IMG/VR virus record: IMGVR_UViG_3300025030_000051
Coordinates: 1 to 64,000 of that record
Origin: a virus
Direction: 5' to 3' (one strand)
DNA: 64,000 nucleotides
This document shows positions 41,165 to 52,282 of this stretch, piece by piece (position 1 is the first letter of the stretch; each line of letters starts with the position of its first letter). The notes beneath the pieces were generated by a model. The model saw only the letters and a program-made list of their open reading frames with translations. It was not told the DNA's origin and did no database searches. The position numbers were made by a program, and so were the translations under genes.

Positions 41165-41404
41165 TCATCCTATAAATCTTGAACTTTCTTTTTTGAAATT
41201 GATAAACTTAAATTTTTCATCTACACAGCTTTCACATACTTGTGCTGTCCAAGTCTCTAAATCATATTTACTACCAAAACCCCAACTGTTTGATAAAGTC
41301 ATATATTCAAAATTATTCTTATTCCAGCAACTGTTGTCACAAGAATCACATATAACGTCTTCTACCTGTAATTCTATTTTTTGAATCTGCTTATATTTTA
41401 TCAT
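41165..41404 (-). CDS. conserved phage zinc-binding protein
   Basis: ICDSC...WGFGSKYD...CESC. Confidence 0.6.
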   Translation of the reverse strand: MIKYKQIQKIELQVEDVICDSCDNSCWNKNNFEYMTLSNSWGFGSKYDLETWTAQVCESCVDEKFKFINFKKESSRFIG

Positions 41405-41578
41405 TTAATATTGTTTCATAAATAGAAAACCAAATATTATTAAAAATAGGTATGAAATCTTTTACCTTCCAATATATTGTTTTATTTTTAAAAATATTAT
41501 CTTCACATATTACTTTTTTAAAAGATTCCTATCTCATGTATTTCAGAAAATAAATAAAAAATATTAAAGAATATTCGA

Positions 41579-42487
41579 TTATTCATTTGGTTCATATTTC
41601 ATGAATCTATATTTTATATTCCTGCAAAACCACTTATTAAATCTGTCATACTTATAATTTTTTACTACTTCATCATATTTTTCTACATAATCATTTATCA
41701 GTAATTCTTTAAAGAAACTTGCTTGTTCTGGATTAAAATTATAAATGACCTTTATATTTCCCCAAATTTTACTTTCTTTAAATTTTAATTGCATGAACCC
41801 ATTGTTTATTAATAAATTATACAAAGAGCTTTCTGTAAAATAAGTTAGATGTTCTGGAGTAAATACTGACTTTATTCTATATTTTGCATTAAAAAATGAT
41901 GGAACTTCTATATATAATATTCCATCTTTAGAAATTAACTTAGATATTTTATTTAATACTTTTACTGGATTTATAAAATGTTCTAATGTATGTGACATTA
42001 TAATAAAATCAAATTTACTATCTGTTTTTAAATCTTCATTTTCAAAATCTAATTTTTGTATATCTATATTTTCTTTAATAACATTTGATATTTTATTTTC
42101 TAATGTTATACCAATACAACTATTAATTTCTTTTTTATATTTTAATTGAACATTTATTGCCATTAATACACCACCTTTACCTGCTCCAATATCTAAAATA
42201 TTAATATTGTCAAACCATTCTAAATAAGAATTACAAAAATTTAGTATGTATTTAGCCCTTCTGACCGAATGTTCTTTATAGTCCTTTGGATAGCTACACG
42301 GTAAATTGCGATAATGACTTTCATTGTAAATTGGATTTGAGTATACCGTTCCGCAATTATAACAGATAACTACTTCGTACAATATGAAATTTTTTATGAA
42401 CAAACTGAAACTTTTAAAATATAATTTATCACACACAGGACAGTTTCTGTACCTTGCCTGTTTTAAAAAATCAATATTAAATATCAT
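41579..42487 (-). CDS. SAM-dependent methyltransferase with N-terminal Zn ribbon
   Basis: CPVC..CYNCG; ILDIGAGKG; HTLEH; IEVP. Confidence 0.85.
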   Translation of the reverse strand: MIFNIDFLKQARYRNCPVCDKLYFKSFSLFIKNFILYEVVICYNCGTVYSNPIYNESHYRNLPCSYPKDYKEHSVRRAKYILNFCNSYLEWFDNINILDIGAGKGGVLMAINVQLKYKKEINSCIGITLENKISNVIKENIDIQKLDFENEDLKTDSKFDFIIMSHTLEHFINPVKVLNKISKLISKDGILYIEVPSFFNAKYRIKSVFTPEHLTYFTESSLYNLLINNGFMQLKFKESKIWGNIKVIYNFNPEQASFFKELLINDYVEKYDEVVKNYKYDRFNKWFCRNIKYRFMKYEPNE

Positions 42488-43669
42488 TTATATAGTTGAA
42501 TTAAAGACTTTTAAAATTTCTTCAAGTGAATCAATAACATAATCCTGTTCTTCTTTTGTTATTTCAGCGAAAAATGGCAACCATAAACCCGATGAACTAA
42601 ATTTATCTGTATTAGGTAAATTTGAACCATTATATTTTCCACAAAATACAGGTTCGAGATGTGTGCTGCCAATATCCCATTTGCATCCGATACCTTCGTT
42701 TTTTAATAGTCTTAAAACATCATTCCTTAAATACTGCTGTCTATCTAAAAGTATGTGATAGTTTTGCCAATTATATCTCGTACAATAATCAGGGACTTGG
42801 TTTCCTATAAAAATACCACCATATCTCAAGTTTAAATCTTTTATTTTCTCATTATAATATTTAGCAGCTTTTGTTCTTAATTCTATCTCTTCATCAATAT
42901 ATTGTAAGTGAGCTAAACCTACTGCAGCATTAATATCTGACATCTTATAGTTCCCACCCAACTTATCGAATGATTCTATTAACACCTTATTAGAATTATC
43001 TCTAGCATATGGGAGATTATTTGTGCCAAATGCCCTATATGATCTTAACCATTCTTCAGTTTCTTTATCTCTAACAACAATCATACCACCCTCTCCAGTT
43101 GTCAGAACTTTTCTTGCTTGAAAAGAATATGTGACAATGTTATCTGAAATACCAATCTTTTTATTCTTATATTCCGAACCAATTGCACATGCACCATCTT
43201 CGATAATTGGAATATCGTATTTTTTACCCAATTCATTTATCTTATCGATATCACAGGGTATTCCCATTTGGTGAACTATTATTATTGCTTTTGTCTTATT
43301 AGTAATTCTTTCTTCGATATCTTTGGTATAAGGCACACCAAAAGAATTAATATCACACCAAACAAGGGTCGCTCCGACTCTTGGAACTGAGAATGATGAT
43401 GCGACCCAGCTCCAACTTGGAGCTATTATTTCATCATCTTCATTAAAAAATTTTCCCCCATTTATATATAAAAGAGATACTTCAATAGCAACTGTCCCAT
43501 TAGAAACGGCAATATAATACCCTCCTTTATCATTATTATATTCTTTAATGGCATTTTCAAAAATAGAAATGGTTGGTCCATTTGATATCCACTTAGAATC
43601 AAGCACTTTTTCAATTTCTTTTAATATTATTTCTTTTTTTAAAAATGGACGCCCTAAAGTAATTTTCAT
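42488..43669 (-). CDS. DegT/DnrJ/EryC1/StrS aminotransferase
   Basis: SNGT, EDGACAIG, SFQARKVLTTGEGG. Confidence 0.92.
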   Translation of the reverse strand: MKITLGRPFLKKEIILKEIEKVLDSKWISNGPTISIFENAIKEYNNDKGGYYIAVSNGTVAIEVSLLYINGGKFFNEDDEIIAPSWSWVASSFSVPRVGATLVWCDINSFGVPYTKDIEERITNKTKAIIIVHQMGIPCDIDKINELGKKYDIPIIEDGACAIGSEYKNKKIGISDNIVTYSFQARKVLTTGEGGMIVVRDKETEEWLRSYRAFGTNNLPYARDNSNKVLIESFDKLGGNYKMSDINAAVGLAHLQYIDEEIELRTKAAKYYNEKIKDLNLRYGGIFIGNQVPDYCTRYNWQNYHILLDRQQYLRNDVLRLLKNEGIGCKWDIGSTHLEPVFCGKYNGSNLPNTDKFSSSGLWLPFFAEITKEEQDYVIDSLEEILKVFNSTI

Positions 43670-43671
43670 TT

Positions 43672-44094
43672 TTATTCTAACTTTTGTTTATTATTTTTAA
43701 TATCATATTCATCCATACATTTTACACAAAGATTTTTTATCCATCCCTTTGTAGATTTAATATTTTCAAGTGAACCACACTTTTCACATATATCTTCTGA
43801 TAAATGTTCTGCAAAACTTATAAACCCATCTATATATTCATTTCCACCATTGACATAAAATCTCAATCCACCAAACTTCTCTTTTACTTGAACTGCAACA
43901 ACTTGTTGTATTTTAAGATGAGGGTTTGCATCAATGTATCCTTGTATGTAATTACACAATCTGTCTATTAACCAAAACCATCCATCTCCACATTCAAACC
44001 CCCAGCACATTGCTGTTGATTTCATATCAGAATATCTATCTTTAAAAATATTAGGATATTTTTTTACTAATTGTTCATCCAATTCATTATTCAT
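43672..44094 (-). CDS. conserved phage protein
   Basis: ECGDGW...QVKEKFGGLRFY...CEKCG. Confidence 0.7.
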   Translation of the reverse strand: MNNELDEQLVKKYPNIFKDRYSDMKSTAMCWGFECGDGWFWLIDRLCNYIQGYIDANPHLKIQQVVAVQVKEKFGGLRFYVNGGNEYIDGFISFAEHLSEDICEKCGSLENIKSTKGWIKNLCVKCMDEYDIKNNKQKLE

Positions 44095-44342
44095 AATATT
44101 TACTTTTTATTTATTAAATTCCAGAATAGGTATCTTATAAACCTATATTGTATATTCATTGGTTTTATTTAAAGTTTCTTCATATCTACTTCTATTAATA
44201 AATATACTATTATTTTCATATAATATTGTGCTTTAATTTATTTAGATAATTTACAATTTTCATTATGAAACCTAATTATATTAGTTTTACTATATTCTTT
44301 TCCGCAATAAATATATTTTTCTGTTGGTTGTTTCTTTGTAAA

Positions 44343-45245
44343 TTATTTTTTAATTTTTTTTATCATATTCCAAATATCTTCTATAGAAATATTTATTTTT
44401 TTATTATTAATAAAATTGTCTAATTCTAATTCAAGATTAGTTTTTGATTTATCTATATATATATTATTATTTAAACATTCTATAAGCTCATATCCTATAT
44501 TACCATACTTATCTATCTTATTATTATTTTCATTATAATGAGAGGCATTAAAAAATAATTTATCACCATCCCAAAAAAATGATCCTCTTGATCCAGTTAT
44601 ATTAATAATTCTTGTTTTTTGACAATATATCCATGATGAAAACATTTCAATTATAGCATTTTTATATTTACATAAAACAAAAATACTATCACTTTTTATT
44701 GGAAATTTAAAATTATTTAATATTTTACTGTATAAAATTTCAATATTGTTTCCAAAAATATATAAAAGTATAGAAATATCATGTATAAGATAATCTTCAA
44801 TTATTGAAACATCATCTCTTATACGCGGACCCATGGATGTTCTTTGAATTTTTATAGTTAATATATCTCCTATAATATCAATATTATTTTTTATATATTT
44901 TACAGTAGGATCTATTAACCACACAAATCCATGAAAACAATCTTTCATTTCATAAGCTTCTTCATAACTAATTCCAACTGGCTTTTCTACTAATATATTT
45001 TGATCTTGAATTCCTTGTTCTTTTAATTCATTGTAAATTTGTAAATGAGTTGATGCTGGTGTACATATAATTGCATGAGTATATTCTTTTGGGACATCTT
45101 TTATTTTAGTCCAGAACGGAATATTTTCTTGTTTTTTATTAGGATCTAAATCAACTGTACCATACAAACCGTATTTAGAATCTTTTATAGTTTTAATCCA
45201 ATTTTTTGACCAATATCCACAACCAATAATTATTATTTTAAACAT
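44343..45245 (-). CDS. Gfo/Idh/MocA family oxidoreductase
   Basis: IIGCGYW, TP..TH, LVEKP, DYLIHD. Confidence 0.85.
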   Translation of the reverse strand: MFKIIIIGCGYWSKNWIKTIKDSKYGLYGTVDLDPNKKQENIPFWTKIKDVPKEYTHAIICTPASTHLQIYNELKEQGIQDQNILVEKPVGISYEEAYEMKDCFHGFVWLIDPTVKYIKNNIDIIGDILTIKIQRTSMGPRIRDDVSIIEDYLIHDISILLYIFGNNIEILYSKILNNFKFPIKSDSIFVLCKYKNAIIEMFSSWIYCQKTRIINITGSRGSFFWDGDKLFFNASHYNENNNKIDKYGNIGYELIECLNNNIYIDKSKTNLELELDNFINNKKINISIEDIWNMIKKIKK

Positions 45246-46047
45246 TATAATATAAGACTTCGTTTCTAACATTATTATTTTTTCTATTAGGTGAAATGTT
45301 AATTATATCTTTTGTTTTTACATTTTTAAAATTATTTTCTAATAACCTGTTTGAAATTTCATTTTCTAAATCTGAATAAAATATTTTATTATGTTTGCTT
45401 AGCTTAATTATTTTATCTATGAGTATTTGTTGATCATTATTTTTAAATTCTTGTTTATAAGACACGTCAGTATTTGAATAAGGAGGATCTAAATACATTA
45501 CGCAATCTTTAAAATTATCTATTATTTCTTTATAATCTACATTTTTTATTTGACTTTTACGTAATTTATTTTTTATGATATTATAATCTAATTCTTTAAG
45601 AAAATATAATCTATTACCAAACGATTGATTCATTCCCATTTCAGAAAATCTTAATAAAGAATTTATACAGGAGTTTGCTAAAAAATACAAGAATAGACCT
45701 TTTTCTTTTTTATTAGTAAAGTGTAAATTATCATTATAGCTATTTCTAAAATTGTAATATGATTCTTTATTAGTTTTTATATCACCAAACTTATCATAAA
45801 TGTAATTCTTAACATCAACGAAGTCTTTATATGAAAAATCTAAAACTGATTTCCAAATATAAATAACATTTTCATCAATATCGTTTATTATATACAAATC
45901 AAAGTTATCAACAACATTTACAAATATCGCTCCTGAACCAATGAATGGTTCAACATAGATTTTTTTATCAGTGTCTTTTATTAATTCATTAAAAATATTA
46001 ACAATATGTAACTTAGAACCCCTATACTTAAAAAATCTAACTTTCAT
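45238..46047 (-). CDS. dam: DNA adenine methyltransferase (D12 class)
   Basis: KYRGSK, EPFIGSGAI, INDID, YLDPPY. Confidence 0.85.
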   Translation of the reverse strand: MKVRFFKYRGSKLHIVNIFNELIKDTDKKIYVEPFIGSGAIFVNVVDNFDLYIINDIDENVIYIWKSVLDFSYKDFVDVKNYIYDKFGDIKTNKESYYNFRNSYNDNLHFTNKKEKGLFLYFLANSCINSLLRFSEMGMNQSFGNRLYFLKELDYNIIKNKLRKSQIKNVDYKEIIDNFKDCVMYLDPPYSNTDVSYKQEFKNNDQQILIDKIIKLSKHNKIFYSDLENEISNRLLENNFKNVKTKDIINISPNRKNNNVRNEVLYYNV

Positions 46048-46270
46048 TACTCTTATCGTAATAATCTACACAGTTATCAGTATTATCCGCATATATAACC
46101 TTAAGCTCGTTATTCACAGTTCTTAATATAGTAATCAGTGAACATCCCTCACACAATACGTGATGAGCCCAACCAGGTTCTAATTTATAAAATTCTTCAA
46201 ATACATCAATTTCTGGTTTAGCGTTTCCACCAAAAATTCTTTCTGAACAGTAGTTACAAAAATCAGCCAT
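46037..46270 (-). CDS. conserved phage protein
   Basis: MADFCNYC...LCEGC. Confidence 0.6.
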   Translation of the reverse strand: MADFCNYCSERIFGGNAKPEIDVFEEFYKLEPGWAHHVLCEGCSLITILRTVNNELKVIYADNTDNCVDYYDKSNES

Positions 46271-46430
46271 ACTTTCACCCTTTAATGGAATTTTAGTTTA
46301 TTAAATTCATCACGAAAACTTTCTAAATAATTAGAAACTTGACCATAAATATTGATTCTAAAAAGCACATACATTATAGTATAGTTATTTGCTTGGTAAT
46401 TTATGTTTTCTACATTCATATATTAGTTTA

Positions 46431-46913
46431 TCAACAACAGGTATTAAAATAATTTTTAACATTTTTTATTTTTGCTGGTATCCCATAGGCAATACAATTA
46501 TTTGGAATATTTTTATTTACAAGTGAAAGAGCACCAATTATTACGTTTGAACCAATTGTGACGCCTGGTAAAACAACTGAGTTTGCACCTATTTGTACAT
46601 TGTTTCCTATAACTACTGGAGCTCTCTTTACATGAGTTCCGTTTATTGGATCTTTTTTTAAATTATATTTTCTATAGTCAGAAGAATCATGGGAATAAAT
46701 ATGACAACCAGAACTAATAGTAACATTATCTCCTATTTCAAGTCCAGATGATGCATCTAAAATACAAAAATAACCAAGCCAAAAATTTTTTCCTATCTTT
46801 AAATTTTGTTTTCCTCTGATAATATTAAATTGATTATACTCTATTCCAACTTCATTTTTTAATTCTCGCCACAGAGGATATTGTGATATTAATTCAATTT
46901 CTTTATCGATCAT
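46431..46913 (-). CDS. hexapeptide-repeat acyltransferase
   Basis: IGNNVQIGANSVVLPGVTIG...GIPAK. Confidence 0.88.
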   Translation of the reverse strand: MIDKEIELISQYPLWRELKNEVGIEYNQFNIIRGKQNLKIGKNFWLGYFCILDASSGLEIGDNVTISSGCHIYSHDSSDYRKYNLKKDPINGTHVKRAPVVIGNNVQIGANSVVLPGVTIGSNVIIGALSLVNKNIPNNCIAYGIPAKIKNVKNYFNTCC

Positions 46914-47806
46914 ATTATTTTTTCCAGTATAAGATTATTTTTATCAAAAGCATTTATTCTTATAAATTCACATTTCAATAATTTAATAATTTCTTGTTCT
47001 CTTTCTAATTCTTTTTGTTTTAAATTTCCATTTTTGTCATAGTGTCTTTTTTCGTAAAATTCAATTATTATATTTCTTTTAATATCGTATGCATCTAAAA
47101 AATATCCAAGTTTATTTAAATAAACTTCACCGCCATTTAATGCATGCTGAAAATTTAAATCATAATACATATTAATCCAATCTATAATATCACAGACATT
47201 TTTATTATAATTGGGCCAGCCAAAATTTCCATTATTGATTTTTCTATTAATAGTAATTAATTTTTGTTTTTTACAATATTCTTTCCACATTTCTTTTGCT
47301 CTTTCTTTACCATATCTTTTTATCCAAATATCTTTAATAGATTTATTATACATTCCATTATATTTACCTTCTAACAAATATCCTCTCTTATACATTGGAT
47401 TATTTTTGCCAGATGTTCTTTTAGACTGTTTTTGTCTTTCTTCTAAATTTTTCCATCTCTTTATTTGTGATATTTTCATTTTTTCTATAGTTTTTCTAAA
47501 AATTGTTTTACAACGTTGCGAACAACTTCTACATTTTTTATTTTTTCTTAAAGAATTTCTATAACTTTTAATATTATTGTAAATAATTTCTTTACCACAA
47601 GATGGACAAGTTCTTTTAAATATTCTAATTTTTATATATTTATGATTCTTTTCATGATACTCACAACAACTTTTACACAATGTATTTTTCTTTATAGCAT
47701 CATCTAATATTTTTTTATTTTTATAAAAAATTTCTTTTTTACACTTAGGATTATTATTTGAATTTTGACAAATTCTCATCCAATTTTTTTGTTCTTCTTT
47801 TTTCAA
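46910..47806 (-). CDS. zinc-ribbon putative homing endonuclease (paralog 4)
   Basis: Two Zn-ribbon units, SGKNNPMY, C-terminus nearly identical to 9877..10833. Confidence 0.7.
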   Translation of the reverse strand: MKKEEQKNWMRICQNSNNNPKCKKEIFYKNKKILDDAIKKNTLCKSCCEYHEKNHKYIKIRIFKRTCPSCGKEIIYNNIKSYRNSLRKNKKCRSCSQRCKTIFRKTIEKMKISQIKRWKNLEERQKQSKRTSGKNNPMYKRGYLLEGKYNGMYNKSIKDIWIKRYGKERAKEMWKEYCKKQKLITINRKINNGNFGWPNYNKNVCDIIDWINMYYDLNFQHALNGGEVYLNKLGYFLDAYDIKRNIIIEFYEKRHYDKNGNLKQKELEREQEIIKLLKCEFIRINAFDKNNLILEKII

Positions 47807-47933
47807 TACTTTTCTCCCAATATTCTTTTAATATTTTATCAATGAAAACATTGAGTTTTAATCCATTTGTTTTACAGTATTCTCTATACTTTGAATGAAT
47901 TCCTTCTGTTATTTTAAGACTTTTTGTTTTCAT
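47754..47933 (-). CDS. small RHH-like protein (59 aa, not in ORF track)
   Basis: MKTKSLKITEGIHSKYREYCKTNGLKLNVFIDKILKEY... Confidence 0.65.
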   Translation of the reverse strand: MKTKSLKITEGIHSKYREYCKTNGLKLNVFIDKILKEYWEKSIEKRRTKKLDENLSKFK

Positions 47934-48154
47934 AGTTTTATATAATTAGAAAAAATAAAAAAATATAATTTTTTATAAAATTTTAATTTTATTTTTCATT
48001 TTCATCACCAAACTCGTTTTTCATCTCTTTTAAGTCTATGTCCATTTTCAACAAATTATACCAATACCAAAAATGGTTCCACATATTATCATCTTTAATC
48101 AAGTCTTTTAACTCACAGCATATTTCATAAATTTCTGATAGCAATTCTTTTTCT

Positions 48155-48691
48155 CTAGATTTCATTTGATAACCTATAATTTAACCAAGATTTATTATTA
48201 AAAACTTGCTTACAAGATAAATTTCTTAATATAGACTTATATAATTTTTCACTTGCTTTTTGCTTGTGTAATTTAGGAGCATTTTTAATTATATCAACAT
48301 CATATCCAAGAAATGAATCTGAATATTTAACATAAATTAAACCAACATATTCTGGAATATCTTTTAATAAAATTAAATTTTCCATCGTTACATAATAAAA
48401 ATAATTTGGTTTATCTTTTTTTAAAATCACAGATTTATTTGATAAACTTCTATGTTTATATCTTTTTTTAAAATCATTTTTAAAATCTCTTTTTGATGTT
48501 TTTATTTCATATTCATACATATATTCAGATTTAGTAATACCAAAAACATCTGCTGCTTGTATACCTCTGCCTGAAAATTCATAACATACAACATTATAAT
48601 TTTTTTTAAGTAAATAACGACCTAAAATTTCTCTTATTTCTTTAGAACTACTTATTTCTTTTATCATCATTAGTTTCTTTTTCAATTTCAA
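48155..48691 (-). CDS. MmcB-like PD-(D/E)XK nuclease
   Basis: ADV...YEYEIKTSKRDFKNDFKK, PNYFYY, IPEYVGLI. Confidence 0.65.
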   Translation of the reverse strand: MKLKKKLMMIKEISSSKEIREILGRYLLKKNYNVVCYEFSGRGIQAADVFGITKSEYMYEYEIKTSKRDFKNDFKKRYKHRSLSNKSVILKKDKPNYFYYVTMENLILLKDIPEYVGLIYVKYSDSFLGYDVDIIKNAPKLHKQKASEKLYKSILRNLSCKQVFNNKSWLNYRLSNEI

Positions 48692-48815
48692 AAAGCAATC
48701 TTAATTTTTCACTTTGAGAATATTCTAATCTTTTCTTTTCAGAATCTAACTTTATATAGTCTTAGAAATTTTAATTTTTCTTTGATTTAACATTTTTTCT
48801 TTCAGTTTGACTATT

Positions 48816-49766
48816 TTATAAATTTTTGATCCACTGCCAGGTCTTTTCCAATCCCTCTTTTAACGAAATTTTATACTCCCATCCAAGTTTCCTTAATTTA
48901 GAAACATCACCGATTCTTTTTAGTTCAATATCTTTTCTCTCTTCATTCAAAATAATTCTATTTAATTTAGTATCAGTTATTTCTTCCATTAGATCTACTA
49001 AATTAGTAAGAGTAATTCCAGTTTGAGTTGAAACATTAAAAATATCATTTTTAGAATTTTTCATCGTTAACAATACTGCATCGACAACATCATCTACGTA
49101 AACTAAGTCTAATACCTTTTCATCTGGATTACCGTATAAAAATATATCTTTTTTACCCTTTTTTATTTGATTGAAAAAATTCCACAAGATTTCCGTATAT
49201 GGTCCCGATGAATCCATTCTAATACCATAAATTGAGAAAAATCTATTTATAACATATTCTAAACCAAATAGTTCATGATAGCTTCTCAGAATATTTTCGC
49301 AATACAGTTTTCCCGACCCATAAATTGTGTGAGGTAAACAATTTATCGACTCCTTAATAGGAAGCTCTTTAGGCTTTTGATAGACACTTGCACTGCTTGC
49401 AAAGAAAAATTTAATATTATACTTACTAACCCAGTCAATCAGTTTTACACCACCATCAGCAATATATTTGTGTCCCTCAAGAGGCTTGTCATTGCATCTA
49501 TTAATACGAGTAGCAGCAAGGTGGAAAACCCACAATACTGTAAATGGATCTACAAAATCTTCAAAATTACATGTTGAAATATCAGTGTGGTGGAATTTCA
49601 ATTTTGGATTAGACAATAAATGTTCTATATTTTTAAGTGAATTAGTTCTAACTAAATTGTCTAATATTATTACATTATAATTTTTATATTCTTCATTATT
49701 TATAATTCTTTCAGCAAGATGAGAGCCTAGAAAGCCTGCGCCACCTGTTATCAAAACACTATTCAT
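48816..49766 (-). CDS. NAD-dependent epimerase/dehydratase
   Basis: TGGAGFLGS, FHLAA, SSASVY, YGSGK. Confidence 0.92.
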   Translation of the reverse strand: MNSVLITGGAGFLGSHLAERIINNEEYKNYNVIILDNLVRTNSLKNIEHLLSNPKLKFHHTDISTCNFEDFVDPFTVLWVFHLAATRINRCNDKPLEGHKYIADGGVKLIDWVSKYNIKFFFASSASVYQKPKELPIKESINCLPHTIYGSGKLYCENILRSYHELFGLEYVINRFFSIYGIRMDSSGPYTEILWNFFNQIKKGKKDIFLYGNPDEKVLDLVYVDDVVDAVLLTMKNSKNDIFNVSTQTGITLTNLVDLMEEITDTKLNRIILNEERKDIELKRIGDVSKLRKLGWEYKISLKEGLEKTWQWIKNL

Positions 49767-49935
49767 TTAAAAAAACTCCATTTTAAAATAAAATTATTTT
49801 TAATTGGAACATAAATTGTTCTTTGTAATTCATAAAAATCATAATATAAATCTTCATTATATTGTAAAAAATCTTTAGTATTTTTCCAATCAATAAATTG
49901 ATAAATTTTAGAAATTATTTGTACACTTATTGCAT

Positions 49936-50427
49936 TCATTTTAACTCAAATGGAGTATAATTATGAATCTCAACACAAGCATTTATAATATTTCCAATAA
50001 AATTGAAAGCATTCCAATATTTATTATGAGTGTGCCCATGGAGAATCTTTGTAGATCTATAATATAGATGTTTATACTTTGTTAGAAATTCTTTTGGATT
50101 ATGAACACACAACATTCCATTTTCAGACCAATAATCAACTACTTCAGCAAACTTCATTTTTTTCATTCGCGATTTTGACATATCGTTGTCCCCTTTGACC
50201 AAGATAACCTGTCCATTTAACCTTTCAGCAAAAGAAGGAATAAGTTTTTTTGGCCCCATTGCAAAATCACCAAGATGAATCACTATATCATTTTTATCAA
50301 CTACACTGTTCCAATTATTTATCATAGTTTCATTCATTTCTTCAACAGATTGAAAGGGACGATTGCAATATTTAATAATATTTTCGTGATTAAAATGAGT
50401 ATCAGATATAAAAAAAGTTTTTACCAT
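49936..50427 (-). CDS. metallophosphoesterase
   Basis: SDTHF.H, HLGDF, HGHTH (GDND in place of GNHD). Confidence 0.85.
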   Translation of the reverse strand: MVKTFFISDTHFNHENIIKYCNRPFQSVEEMNETMINNWNSVVDKNDIVIHLGDFAMGPKKLIPSFAERLNGQVILVKGDNDMSKSRMKKMKFAEVVDYWSENGMLCVHNPKEFLTKYKHLYYRSTKILHGHTHNKYWNAFNFIGNIINACVEIHNYTPFELK

Positions 50428-50517
50428 TGTTTTAATTTGAAACTTTATTTTCATTCAAAATTTATTTTTAAACTAGTAAAGTCATTTGTTTCAACATCAC
50501 AAATAAAATGTAACATT

Positions 50518-50811
50518 TTATATTTTTACCAATTTAAATGCACTGAATTCTTTAAAATCTTCTATTCTTGTCATTATACAGCTTCCACACAATAAATTCT
50601 GACTTTGTCTTATTTTATCCCAAATATCATCTGTAACTGTGATATCTACTTTATATTTTAAACCACAGGACTGACAAGTCCAGCCATAATTTTCGTTTTT
50701 AAAAAAAGTACCACACTCATTGCATAGAATTACTTTTGCTTCTAAAACTTTTTTACTCCAATCATAGTTATAATGAAAGTTATCTATATTATTACAACTT
50801 GGACATTTCAT
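50518..50811 (-). CDS. Cys-rich zinc-binding protein
   Basis: Four CxxC pairs. Confidence 0.55.
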   Translation of the reverse strand: MKCPSCNNIDNFHYNYDWSKKVLEAKVILCNECGTFFKNENYGWTCQSCGLKYKVDITVTDDIWDKIRQSQNLLCGSCIMTRIEDFKEFSAFKLVKI

Positions 50812-51618
50812 TTATTTAAACCTTTCATCATTTTTTACTAGTTGTGTATATTTATCTTTAATGCGTTGAATTGCGAATTGTTGGTAACCTGGATTTTGTT
50901 TGGTTCCTCTATTTATTAAACCATTAATTATTTCACTCCCAGCAGAATATTTAGATTGGCGATAGTACCAACAGGGATTTTGTATATATGTTCCCTTATA
51001 TTCATTAAAAAGTATTCTTGACCAAAATTCCATATCTGCAGCGCCTTCATATTCTAAATCAGGTTCTCCTATTAAACTGTGTAATTCTCTTTTATACACG
51101 GTTCCACTTGCCAACATGTTATTGTTTGCTCTTGTAACCTTATTATTAGTTACTCCAAACCATTGTTTAAACTGTTTTAACGATTCTCTATATTCAATAT
51201 AATATTCTGGATGTATTAATATAGATTGCAGGGATAAATCTTCTGAAACTTTAAAACCATTTGCTGTAACAAAATATAAATCTTTTTCTTTTTCAAACCA
51301 ATATTTAACTTGTTCATAAAACATAGAAGTCATTACATCATCTTGACCAGAAATTTGAACATATTCTCCTTCTAAATATGGAATTACACCGACATATGAA
51401 CCAGCACACATTTTATTACCATAATTAATTTTTGAATAAATATATTTAACATCATTTGAAACTTCTTTAATATCATCTTTTATTATCTCATCACCACAAT
51501 CATTAAAAATAATGTACGTAAAATCTATTCCAGATTTTATTAAAGACATTAAATTTAATTTAATGGTTTCTAAAATAAATTCATTTCTTTTATATACACT
51601 TTGTACTATACTTATCAT
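50812..51618 (-). CDS. glycosyltransferase family 2-like
   Basis: ISIV, FND, QDD, ADMEFW.R, YYR. Confidence 0.75.
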   Translation of the reverse strand: MISIVQSVYKRNEFILETIKLNLMSLIKSGIDFTYIIFNDCGDEIIKDDIKEVSNDVKYIYSKINYGNKMCAGSYVGVIPYLEGEYVQISGQDDVMTSMFYEQVKYWFEKEKDLYFVTANGFKVSEDLSLQSILIHPEYYIEYRESLKQFKQWFGVTNNKVTRANNNMLASGTVYKRELHSLIGEPDLEYEGAADMEFWSRILFNEYKGTYIQNPCWYYRQSKYSAGSEIINGLINRGTKQNPGYQQFAIQRIKDKYTQLVKNDERFK

Positions 51619-51969
51619 GTATTATTGTTGTCATAATTCTTTTTTATTAATTCTATGAGCTTTGGATTTCTATACTCAAAATTATCTGGAATATTTAAAC
51701 AAATTATTTTTTTATTAGTCATTTCAAAAAGAATATTTTTTTGATTTTTATCCATGCATACAACTTCATCTGCCCATTCTAAAACAACATCGTCTATTGG
51801 TATTAAAGCAAACTCTTTAGAAAGTCCAACTGATCTTGTATTATAATTGTATGGTTCTTGTGATAATACAAGTGCTGTTGTTGGTGATCTAAGTAAACCG
51901 GCAGAACAAACACATAATACTTTTTTATATTTTCCTTGATTTATTATTAATATTTGCCATTCTATTCAT
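51615..51969 (-). pseudogene. LMW protein-tyrosine-phosphatase-like gene with frameshift near 51939 (missed by ORF track)
   Basis: MNRMANINNK / QGKYKKVLCVCSAGLLRSPT...WADEVVCM...LNIPD; 355 nt = 3n+1. Confidence 0.8.
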
Positions 51970-52282
51970 TTTGAATTCTGTCATAATTCTATAACTCTTT
52001 TACCAATTTGTGCAAAATTACTTTCTGCTTTTTTATTATCTTTTTCTTTTAAAAATTCAATTATTTCAATATTTTTTAACTCCTTCAATTCAGCCTTATC
52101 AAATTCATGTTGTATTTCATTTAATATTTTATTAATATAAAGTGATTGTGAATATAAAAGTTCTTCAGTAATAAAAAAAAGTAAAGATTTTATCATTTTT
52201 TTTAATATAAAATCTATGAACACCATTATCATAGTAACTTTTGACTTTACATTCAAATTTTGTTTCTATTAAATTCTTTAAT

